Below, piece by piece: positions 1 to 6,748 of a DNA stretch of 19,321 bases. The notes below the pieces were generated by a model. It saw nothing but the letters and a program-made list of their open reading frames with translations, was not told the DNA's origin and searched no databases. Position 1 is the first letter of the stretch; each line of letters begins with the position of its first letter. A program made the translations under genes and the position numbers. Source of the stretch: Fibrobacteria bacterium (GTDB lineage: Bacteria > Fibrobacterota > Fibrobacteria > UBA11236); contig JBJHDK010000046.1 of NCBI GenBank assembly GCA_050486505.1, positions 1 through 19,321 of the forward strand, in the 5' to 3' direction.

Positions 1-290
1 GCCTTGATCAGGTGCGCGCCCGTGTCGCGAACGTCGCGCGCACCCCGCTCACCGGTAGCGGCGTTGGCGTTGCCGCTATTGACCAGCACGTGTGAAACGG
101 GCTTGCCGGTCGAAAGCACGTCGCGACAGAAATGCACGGGCGCCGCCGCTGCCGCGTTGCGCGTGAAGGCCCCGAAGGCGCGCGCGGGCGGTTCGCTGTG
201 CAGCAGACCGAGATCGGGCTTGCCGTTCTTCTTGATTCCACAGGCGGTACCGGTGGCGGAAAAGCCCCGGGGGTAGGCGACGTCATGCAT
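1..290 (-). CDS. argJ: Bifunctional glutamate N-acetyltransferase/amino-acid acetyltransferase ArgJ, N-terminal part (runs off the window)
   Basis: Not in the ORF track because it has no stop in the window. Manual translation from ATG at 290 gives MHDVAYPRGFSATGTACGIKKNGKPDLGLLHSE...GAFTRNAAAAAPV...VLVNSGNANAATGERG, containing the ArgJ motifs PxGF, GIK..DL, FTxN..AAPV and NSGNANAxTG. Confidence 0.93.
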   Translation of the reverse strand, partial: MHDVAYPRGFSATGTACGIKKNGKPDLGLLHSEPPARAFGAFTRNAAAAAPVHFCRDVLSTGKPVSHVLVNSGNANAATGERGARDVRDTGAHLIK

Positions 291-413
291 GGTGGTGAAA
301 GGGAATCGGGGAGAACTGGCCGATTCCGGGGGGAAAAGTGCAAAAAACCCGGGCACGGCATCGACAACGAGGGGGAACCCCTTCGGTCCGCTCGCATTTT
401 TAGGGGAAATGAT

Positions 414-421
414 TATACTTG
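414..421 (+). promoter_or_regulatory. Putative -10 element (TATACT) of the greA promoter
   Basis: TATACTTG lies in the AT-richer divergent argJ/greA intergenic region, about 20 nt before the leader hairpin. No convincing -35. Confidence 0.45.
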
Positions 422-440
422 TTCGCATACAACATTCGGC

Positions 441-481
441 AAAAAAGAACGTGGGCTGGAAGCGGCCTGCGTTCTTTTTTT
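441..481 (+). terminator. Intrinsic terminator/attenuator in the greA 5' leader
   Basis: AAAAAAGAACGTGGGCTG-GAAG-CGGCCTGCGTTCTTTTTTT forms an 18-bp stem (with G-U pairs), a 4-nt loop and a T7 tract. No gene ends upstream on this strand. Confidence 0.7.
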
Positions 482-540
482 GGCATGTGTGCTCTTTTTG
501 GCACGTATCGTCGCCGGAGACTTTCGAGGAGATGACTGCA

Positions 541-1011
541 ATGGCCGACAAGCTTCCCATGAGCCGACAGGCTTACGACAAGCTGCTGGGTGACCTGGAC
601 ACGCTGAAAAAGGTGGATCGTCCCGCCATCATCGTGGAGATCGCATCCGCGCGCGCACAGGGAGACCTTTCCGAAAACGCGGAGTACCACGCCGCGAAGG
701 AAAAGCAGGGCGTCATCGAATCCAAGATCGTGGATCTTGAGGACAGGATCGCGCGCGCCGAGATCATGACGGCCGACCCGTCCGAGAGCGAACACATCAT
801 CTTCGGCGCCTCCGTCTCCGTGAAGAACCTCTCCACGGGCAAGAGCCTCGAGTACACCTTGGTCGGCTCCGAGGAAGTCGATGTGCTGCAGGGCAAGATT
901 TCCAGCGCCTCTCCGATCGGCCAGGGGTTGATCGGCAAGAAGGCCGGGGACGTCGTCGAAGTGCAGACGCCGCGTGGCCCCCTCAAGCTGGAGATCCTCG
1001 GCTACCGCTGA
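541..1011 (+). CDS. greA: Transcription elongation factor GreA (156 aa)
   Basis: ARAQGDLSENAEYHAAKE and IS..SPIGQGLIGKKAGDVVEV.TP.G motifs. GAGGAG SD at 526-531 favours ATG 541 over the ORF-track start at 289. Confidence 0.96.
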   Translation: MADKLPMSRQAYDKLLGDLDTLKKVDRPAIIVEIASARAQGDLSENAEYHAAKEKQGVIESKIVDLEDRIARAEIMTADPSESEHIIFGASVSVKNLSTGKSLEYTLVGSEEVDVLQGKISSASPIGQGLIGKKAGDVVEVQTPRGPLKLEILGYR

Positions 1012-1038
1012 GTCTTTCGGAACGGAACGCACCGCGCC

Positions 1039-2010
1039 ATGGCCGTCCACGCGTTCACCGGAGACGACGCCCTCCGCAGGCAGGAGGCGCTGGAGGCGGA
1101 AGTCGCCCGCTGGGAGGCTTCCGACCCCGGTTCGCCCGCGGTGCGCGAAACGCACCATGGGGAGGAACTCAATGCCGCGGCCGTCGCGCAATCCTACCAG
1201 TCCCCCGACCTGTTCGCACCGCGCAAGACGCTGATCGTGCGCAACTTCGACAAGATCCGTTCCGCGGAGTCGCGTGAACTGCTGCAGGACGCGTTCCGGA
1301 ACGAGAACCCGCAGGCCGCTGTCTTCCTGGAAGCGGAGAAGCTCGACGGGCGGCAGGGCTGGGTGCAGGCGCTCAAGAAGGCCGGATGCCTTCATGAGTT
1401 CAAGCTCCCCTACGGCAACAAAATCCCCGACTGGCTTTCAATGCGGGCGAAGGAAAAACACAAGCGCACGCTCGGCCACGTCGAAGCCCGGCTGCTGCAG
1501 GACATCGTCGGAAACGACACCGCCGAGCTCGACCATGAACTGGAGAAGCTCGACACGTTCCTGCCCAAGGGAGAAGGCATCACCGCGGAGGCGATCCGCC
1601 AGGTGGTGAGTCCACTCAAGGTGCATACCATGTTCGAGTTCCAGAAGGCAGCGGGACTCGGAAACGCGGCGTCGTTCCTCCCCGCGCTGCGCAGCCTGCT
1701 CGAGGAACAGGGCGGCAGCGAGAGCGGCATCGGCCCCGTCATCATGCTGTTCAACCACTTCCTCAAGCTGACGCGCATCCGTGCAATGCTTGACGAAGGT
1801 GCGAACGAGCAGGACATCATCGCCTTCGTCAAACTGCCGCCCTTCATCTTCCGCAACGAACTCTACACCGAACAAGCGCGCAAGCGTCCGTTATATCGCT
1901 GGAAGCAGCTGCTTGCGCGCCTGGCGTCGCTCGAGCAGGAGATGAAACAGGGCCGCTATGCAAAGCGCTTCGAGATCGAAACCGCGCTGGCGGGAGTGGT
2001 GTTGACGTGA
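1039..2010 (+). CDS. holA: DNA polymerase III subunit delta
   Basis: 323 aa. N-terminal FTGDD, SPDLFAPRKTLIVR, EKLDGR, IVGNDTAELDHELEKL and IT.EAI..VV, plus a C-terminal L..LE.EMKQG helix, all typical of HolA. Confidence 0.88.
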   Translation: MAVHAFTGDDALRRQEALEAEVARWEASDPGSPAVRETHHGEELNAAAVAQSYQSPDLFAPRKTLIVRNFDKIRSAESRELLQDAFRNENPQAAVFLEAEKLDGRQGWVQALKKAGCLHEFKLPYGNKIPDWLSMRAKEKHKRTLGHVEARLLQDIVGNDTAELDHELEKLDTFLPKGEGITAEAIRQVVSPLKVHTMFEFQKAAGLGNAASFLPALRSLLEEQGGSESGIGPVIMLFNHFLKLTRIRAMLDEGANEQDIIAFVKLPPFIFRNELYTEQARKRPLYRWKQLLARLASLEQEMKQGRYAKRFEIETALAGVVLT

Positions 2011-2033
2011 TGTCGATGCGGTGGAGACGAAGG

Positions 2034-2197
2034 GAGTTATGAGTTATGAGTTATGAGTTATGAGTGACGAGTTGCGAGTGACGAGTGAGCGTGGGAGCTA
2101 TGATGAACGGGATTGGGAGGGTTCGCTAGGGGGATCTCTGGACGCTTCACGCAAACAACTCCCTTGCGTTCAACTCATAACTCATAACTCGTAACTC
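2034..2197. repeat. Inverted heptamer arrays with a self-complementary spacer
   Basis: 8 units GAGTTATx4/GAGTGAC/GAGTTGC/GAGTGAC/GAGTGAG (2034-2089) and 4 reverse-complement units TCAACTC/ATAACTCx2/GTAACTC (2170-2197). The spacer pairs GAACG/CGTTC and GGGAG/CTCCC. Located between convergent genes. Confidence 0.9.
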
Positions 2198-2209
2198 TCA
2201 CCTGAATCC

Positions 2210-2656
2210 CTACTTCTTCCCCGCCGATTCTCCGTAGCTCTTCCGGATCGCCTGCATTCCCCCGTAGAGATCGAGGAACTCCGCGACCCATTCGGGGTGC
2301 GCGGCGGCGACGCGACGGAGGGTTTCCTCGAGCGCCGCCAGGCTGTTGTAGGGGCCGGCCGGAGTCCCGGCTGTCTCGGGGACCGCGCGCACCCAGGCCG
2401 AGGAGGCCAGCGCCACGCCGCGGCGGCGGTAGATCTTCGCGCGCAGCAGGCGTCCCACGAGGGCGCGGCGCTGCTCGCGCGTGTGCGCCGTCGTCCCATC
2501 GGGCACGGCCGCGACGGACGCATACACCTCGCGCTCGGCGGGCGCGAGCGCCGCGCCGTGGCGCTCGAGCAAGGCATCGAGGCGCCGGCGCGACGCTTCT
2601 TCCCAGCGATGCTTCAGCGCCTCAAGAGGCGATGGCGATGGCAATGACTGCGACAT
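2210..2656 (-). CDS. DUF2894-like protein (Zorya type III ZorG-like); alternative GTG start at 2671
   Basis: SRRRLDALL and VPETAGTPAGPYNS...LRRVAAAHPEWVAEFL resemble the recalled DUF2894 pattern RRLLDARL...VPxNAGPLNS..L..MR.LSP.YL..FL. It is the last gene of the cluster. Confidence 0.62.
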   Translation of the reverse strand: MSQSLPSPSPLEALKHRWEEASRRRLDALLERHGAALAPAEREVYASVAAVPDGTTAHTREQRRALVGRLLRAKIYRRRGVALASSAWVRAVPETAGTPAGPYNSLAALEETLRRVAAAHPEWVAEFLDLYGGMQAIRKSYGESAGKK

Positions 2657-2689
2657 TCCCGAAGGTTCCACGGTAAGATCTTCGCCGGA

Positions 2690-3997
2690 TCAGGCCTTGT
2701 CCTGCCCGGCGGAATCCGGAGACGCGGCGACGCCGGCCTGGTCGAGAGCGTCGAGCAGGGATTCCTGCGCACGCAGCGCCGTCTCCTCAAGCAATTCGGC
2801 GGAGCGTTCCTCGAAGGCACGGATGGTCTGCTCCATCTTGTGCAGCAGGGCCTCCTGCCCTTGGGCGAACGAGCCCAGCGACTGCAGGCGGTCGAGTACG
2901 CCGCCGATGCCCTCGCGGAATCCCTCCACCGTCTCGCGCCAGGCAACCTGCTGCGCGGCCGACTCTTCCCCGCCCTTGCGCATCGCGTCGAGCGCATTGC
3001 CGATCTCGCCGGCGGCGGCGGAAAGCTTCCCGAGCCATTCCCCGGCCTGGTCGGCGCTCGCCTGCAGGTGCGCCGCCGCCTCGGACGAAACCCCCTCCAC
3101 GGCCTTGCCCGCGGAGGAAACCCCCTCCAGTAACGCCTTCGACCCGGCATCCAACTGTTCGCGCGACCGCTCCAGTACCTCGCGCCACTCGGTGGCGAAG
3201 GCCTCGCGTTGCGCTCGCAGGGTCTCATCCCACCGCGCGGAGAGCGTCTCGAGAAGGGTTCTCACCTTCTCCGCCTGAATGTCGCCGGCGGCCTGGAAAC
3301 GCTCCGCGGCCTCGGCCGACAGGCGATCCCACGCCTGTCGGCCTGCCGTGTCGCGTCCGGCGATGTCTTTGTGCAGTTGCTCGCCCTGCTCGCGCAGGGA
3401 CTTGAGCAGGGCGGCGGAAGATGCCTGCCACTCTTCCTGTGCGGTGCGCAAGGCCTTCACGGTGTCGGACATTTCGCGTAGGCCCGAGGCGCGCTCGTCG
3501 CGATCCTGGCGCAGCGCTTCCGACAAGCCGGAGAGCGACGCCTCGATGCGCTCCGACAAGGCCGGGGCCAGCGGCGCGAAGCCCGCGCGGATGCCGTCCT
3601 CGAGCGAGGCGCGCAACGCGGTCGCCTGCCGTTCCTGGTCGGCACGCCGTCCCTCGGCCTCGCGCTCGGCGACCTTGACGCTTTCTTCCATGAGCGAGCG
3701 CGGCATGTCCTGCATGCGGTCCTGCAGGCGGTCCACCGAATCCTGCAAGCCCTGCTGGCTGCGGCGCGAGCGCTCGTGCGCCGACCCCTGGCTCCAGGCC
3801 ATGGCCGCGGAGAGGAGCGCGAGGATACCCGTGATGGTGTAGGCGTCGGCCACCGCGGGACGCTTGATGTCGAGGCGTTCCTTGGCGAGCCAGAAGCTCA
3901 GGGCCGCGGCGATCAGCGCGCCCCAGAAAAACACCCGGTAGGGTTTGCGGGTTTTCTCCGCGGGTTGCGCTGCGTCAGGGGTTCGGGTGTCGGTCAT
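2690..3997 (-). CDS. Two-TM protein with a long helical/coiled-coil tail; DUF802-type ZorA-like but without a full MotA/ExbB domain (435 aa)
   Basis: GGAGGA SD (4006-4001) precedes ATG 3997. Two hydrophobic helices (VFFWGALIAAALSFWLA; AYTITGILALLSAAMAW) are followed by about 360 aa of Ala/Glu/Gln/Arg helical sequence. The C-terminus FREG..VLDRLQSL...SAELLEETALRAQESLLDAL resembles the recalled DUF802-protein C-terminus. Confidence 0.55.
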   Translation of the reverse strand: MTDTRTPDAAQPAEKTRKPYRVFFWGALIAAALSFWLAKERLDIKRPAVADAYTITGILALLSAAMAWSQGSAHERSRRSQQGLQDSVDRLQDRMQDMPRSLMEESVKVAEREAEGRRADQERQATALRASLEDGIRAGFAPLAPALSERIEASLSGLSEALRQDRDERASGLREMSDTVKALRTAQEEWQASSAALLKSLREQGEQLHKDIAGRDTAGRQAWDRLSAEAAERFQAAGDIQAEKVRTLLETLSARWDETLRAQREAFATEWREVLERSREQLDAGSKALLEGVSSAGKAVEGVSSEAAAHLQASADQAGEWLGKLSAAAGEIGNALDAMRKGGEESAAQQVAWRETVEGFREGIGGVLDRLQSLGSFAQGQEALLHKMEQTIRAFEERSAELLEETALRAQESLLDALDQAGVAASPDSAGQDKA

Positions 3998-4018
3998 TTG
4001 TCCTCCGGTGACAATCGT

Positions 4019-4043
4019 GGGGCGAGGCATGCCTCGCCCCTAC
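4019..4043 (-). repeat. REP-like palindrome with a 5' GTAG
   Basis: The minus strand reads GTAGGGGCGAGGCATGCCTCGCCCC, containing a perfect 22-bp palindrome (4019-4040). The TAG of GTAG is the stop codon of the upstream gene. Confidence 0.75.
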
Positions 4044-4939
4044 GGGGATGGGGGGACCCCGTGCGGCAGGCCGCGCAGGTACAGGTCCCATTTGCGTTCG
4101 TAGTGTTCCAGCATCGCGAGCGTCATGCGCTCGCCAAGGTGCGACAGGGCGCGCATGAAGCCCGACCAGCCGTTGCGCGACGGGCTGTGCCGCGCCCAGG
4201 TTCCGAGCGTGCCCCGGACCAGGGATTCTTCGTCGGGGAAGGCGCGCTGGTCCCAGCGCGCCGCGGCGTGGATGAAGGCCTCTTCGGCGATGGATCCGAG
4301 GGACAGGCGCATCGCTTTCCACGCCTCGAACTCCGCCTCCCGCAGCGCGGCCTCCAGGGCCGGCAGCACGCGCGTGGCATCGTCGTCGTTCACGACGACG
4401 GCAGGGTGCCATTCCGCGACGAAGGATGTCTGGTAGGCCTGCAAGCGCCCGGCGATCGAAGCCCACTGGCGCGCGCAATCCGTGGCCATGTCATGCGCCG
4501 TCTGCAGGTAGAGCATGCGCGCCTCTTTGCGCGTCCCCTTGCCCGTGAGCACCACCCCGCCCTCGGGGTGCGGTTCGATCCACTGGTTGCGGCGCAGGAA
4601 CGGCAACAAGGCCTTGGGCTCGAGTCGGGCGTCCCATTTCTCGCGGAACTCGGCATAGCGCAGCCGGGCATCGCGGCGCAAGTCCTCAAGGATGCGGTGC
4701 ACGCCGCGCAACACCGGTGCCGAGCCGTCGAGGCGCACGGTTCCGGTGCGATCGAGCAAAGTGCGCAACAGCAACGTGTGGCGGGCCTCCATCCAGGGCG
4801 AAAGCGTCGCGATGGCCGTGTCGGGAGAGGGGGGAGCCGTTTCCGTCGGCGCTCCGGGCTCCGCTCCGCCGCGCCCCTTGACGGGAACCGCGGGCCGAAA
4901 CCCGGAAAGGCTTTTTTCCACCGAAAGAAGCACGGACAT
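4040..4939 (-). CDS. DUF3348-like protein (Zorya type III ZorF-like), 299 aa
   Basis: IATLSPWMEARHTLLLRTLLD, RMLYLQTAHDM, VLPALEAALREAE and MTLAMLEHYERKWDLYLRGL occur in the same order as the recalled DUF3348 blocks RLSQWL.WTDAIALSAAL, RYLALQRAM, VDAVME.AL..RE and VLLAELD.R.QPVEGLL.AL. Confidence 0.58.
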   Translation of the reverse strand: MSVLLSVEKSLSGFRPAVPVKGRGGAEPGAPTETAPPSPDTAIATLSPWMEARHTLLLRTLLDRTGTVRLDGSAPVLRGVHRILEDLRRDARLRYAEFREKWDARLEPKALLPFLRRNQWIEPHPEGGVVLTGKGTRKEARMLYLQTAHDMATDCARQWASIAGRLQAYQTSFVAEWHPAVVVNDDDATRVLPALEAALREAEFEAWKAMRLSLGSIAEEAFIHAAARWDQRAFPDEESLVRGTLGTWARHSPSRNGWSGFMRALSHLGERMTLAMLEHYERKWDLYLRGLPHGVPPSP

Positions 4940-4985
4940 CCTTTGCGTGAAGTCGCGCCGTCAGGCGCAACGATGAAACGACCGG

Positions 4986-4993
4986 CAAATATA
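4986..4993 (-). promoter_or_regulatory. Putative promoter element TATATTTG upstream of the three-gene cluster
   Basis: Matches TAnnTTTG, about 47 nt before ATG 4939. The same motif recurs before other genes in the window. Confidence 0.45.
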
Positions 4994-5010
4994 GCCCGCC
5001 GGGCGCCGGA

Positions 5011-5529
5011 CTACTTCAACAGCCACTCCACCCAGTCGGGGGAGCGGGTTTCGGCCTCTTCGGTGGCCTCATGCACGAGACGGCCTCCGCGCACGGTCGC
5101 TCCCACAACAAGCCCGGCTGCGATCAGGACGAGGTTTTTCACGATATACTGCCCCTCGAGCGTCAGGCCAAAGGGAAACACATCGAAAACCCGGTCGGGG
5201 AGCAGCACGATCGGGGCCATGGTGCCGGGCATCTGCAGAAAAAGCAACAGGATGGCCAGTCGGAGCCCGCGTCCGGTGATGAACCCGATTCCGATGGCGA
5301 CCTCCCAAACGGCCAAAAGCGGAAGGAAAAACGCCCCGGGAAGAAACGGAACCGTGGCGAGCACGAGCCCTTCGGCGGGGCTCATGCCCGGGAAGAACTT
5401 CAGGGCGCCGAACCACAGGAAGACGAGTCCAAGGGTGATGCGCAGGATGGTGACCCCGTGATGGGCCATCCAACGGGTGATGCGGGCATCCACCGCATCC
5501 ACGCGCAGCCGGAGACGGAAGCGCTTCAT
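5011..5529 (-). CDS. DoxX/DUF417-like membrane protein
   Basis: [25 protein letters not shown] and [15 protein letters not shown]; about four hydrophobic helices. Starts 8 nt after the gcvH stop. Confidence 0.8.
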   Translation of the reverse strand: MKRFRLRLRVDAVDARITRWMAHHGVTILRITLGLVFLWFGALKFFPGMSPAEGLVLATVPFLPGAFFLPLLAVWEVAIGIGFITGRGLRLAILLLFLQMPGTMAPIVLLPDRVFDVFPFGLTLEGQYIVKNLVLIAAGLVVGATVRGGRLVHEATEEAETRSPDWVEWLLK

Positions 5530-5536
5530 CGCTTCC

Positions 5537-5908
5537 CTAGATGAGCTTCTTGTAGGCCGCCGCGTCCATCAGGCCGTCGGTATCGCCCTCGACCTTGACC
5601 TTGAGGATCCAGCCCTTGCCATAGGGGTCGGTGTTGACGACTCCGGCATCGTCGGCGAGGGCCGTGTTGACCTCCGTCACCGTACCCGAAAGCGGTGCGT
5701 AGAGCTCGGCCACGGTCTTGACCGCCTCGATGGTTCCGAAGCTTTCTCCCGACTTCAGGGAAGCCCCCACCTTGGGCAGCTCCACAAAGACGATGTCGCC
5801 CAACTCATGCTGCGCGTGGTCGGTCACGCCAACCGTGGCGACCCCGTCCTGCACCAGCGCCCACTCGTGGTCCTTGGTGTACTGCAGATTTTCGGGTACG
5901 GATGCCAT
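5537..5908 (-). CDS. gcvH: Glycine cleavage system H protein
   Basis: [33 protein letters not shown] (lipoyl Lys) and [19 protein letters not shown] upstream. Confidence 0.97.
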   Translation of the reverse strand: MASVPENLQYTKDHEWALVQDGVATVGVTDHAQHELGDIVFVELPKVGASLKSGESFGTIEAVKTVAELYAPLSGTVTEVNTALADDAGVVNTDPYGKGWILKVKVEGDTDGLMDAAAYKKLI

Positions 5909-5987
5909 CGCGCGGTCTCCTTGTTCAATGTGCGGCAGGTCTTTCGGGGCGAATATCTAGCATTCCCCCCTGCCGTTCCAAATGGTT

Positions 5988-6620
5988 TCAGCTTCCCGTG
6001 CCCAATCTCGCTTCCGCCCGCTGCAGCGCCTCCACGGCACCGTGCAACCCGCGACGGAACCCCTCCTCCAGAAGCTGCTCTTCGGCGCGGTTACGCGCGC
6101 GCACGTAGCGGTGCAAATCACGCGCCGCCGCCTCAAGCGACTGCAGGGCGACCACCACGTCACCCGCCGCCGGTTGCAGGCCGGGAGACATGCCGTCGCG
6201 CAAAGTCACCGCCTCGGCGCGCAAACGCCGCGCCCCCCGCAGCAACTCCTCCGCCCGGTCCTCGAACTCGCGATGCTCCCGGTCGCTCAGGGAGCGCACG
6301 GCGACGGGATTCTCGGCGGCCAGGCTTCCGTGCAGCAGGCGCGCCGCCTGGATGGCGGCATGCAGCCTGCCCGCCTCCTGCAACTCGCGCGCGATGTACT
6401 GGGGAGCGGCGGCGGGAGCGGCCACCGAAACCGGAGCCATGGCCGCCGCGCGCGCGTGTGCCCGGTACTGCGCGGTGTGGTACAGGGCCGCACCGAAACA
6501 GAGCAGCGCGAGCAGCGACACGACGGTGGTGCGCCACAGGCCGCGGACAGCGAGGACGCCGATCCAGGTCAGGGTCGCGACCGCGTACAGCAAGGTGATC
6601 AGGAGAAGTTCGGTGGACAC
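5988..6620 (-). CDS. Hypothetical membrane-anchored protein (2 TM plus helical domain)
   Basis: Two N-terminal hydrophobic segments, an Ala/Pro linker and an amphipathic helical domain. Fills the gap between gcvH and murD. The GTG start is uncertain. Confidence 0.7.
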   Translation of the reverse strand: MSTELLLITLLYAVATLTWIGVLAVRGLWRTTVVSLLALLCFGAALYHTAQYRAHARAAAMAPVSVAAPAAAPQYIARELQEAGRLHAAIQAARLLHGSLAAENPVAVRSLSDREHREFEDRAEELLRGARRLRAEAVTLRDGMSPGLQPAAGDVVVALQSLEAAARDLHRYVRARNRAEEQLLEEGFRRGLHGAVEALQRAEARLGTGS

Positions 6621-6639
6621 GCGGGCATTCCGTCCGGGA

Positions 6640-6674
6640 AAAATGGGGGTTCGCTCCGAATCACCCCCGATTTT
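6640..6674. other. Hairpin with flanking A/T tracts in the divergent intergenic region
   Basis: AAAATGGGGGT-TCGCTCCGAATC-ACCCCCGATTTT; the minus-strand stem is followed by ATTTTT. Confidence 0.45.
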
Positions 6675-6748
6675 AGGGGACTCTTTCGCGGAACGGCCTT
6701 CCGGAATATAAAATTTGGGCCTTCCCCCGCCCCGAACACCGCAGCGAC

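Noticed and set aside
481..514. Sigma-54 promoter (TGGCA motifs) before greA
   Set aside because: Neither TGGCAT nor TGGCAC has GC at the required GG-N10-GC spacing.
289..540. 84-aa N-terminal extension of GreA
   Set aside because: It crosses the promoter and leader hairpin and touches the argJ start; the SD supports ATG 541.
2614..3228. A hidden zorB/MotB gene in an alternate frame
   Set aside because: This minus-strand ORF is Arg/Pro-rich, with no TM helix or OmpA-like motif, and overlaps the two real genes.
3776..5461. 561-aa plus-strand ORF and other long overlapping ORFs (400..1395, 5477..6598, 6715..8178, 13650..14675, 18092..19231)
   Set aside because: These are antisense or alternate-frame shadows of better-supported genes, Arg/Gly/Pro-rich with no motifs, as expected at high GC.
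5933..5975. Glycine riboswitch upstream of gcvH
   Set aside because: A hairpin exists (CGGCAGG/CCTGCCG), but the region is short and lacks the ordered GGAGA...CCGAAG...CTCTCAGG aptamer core.
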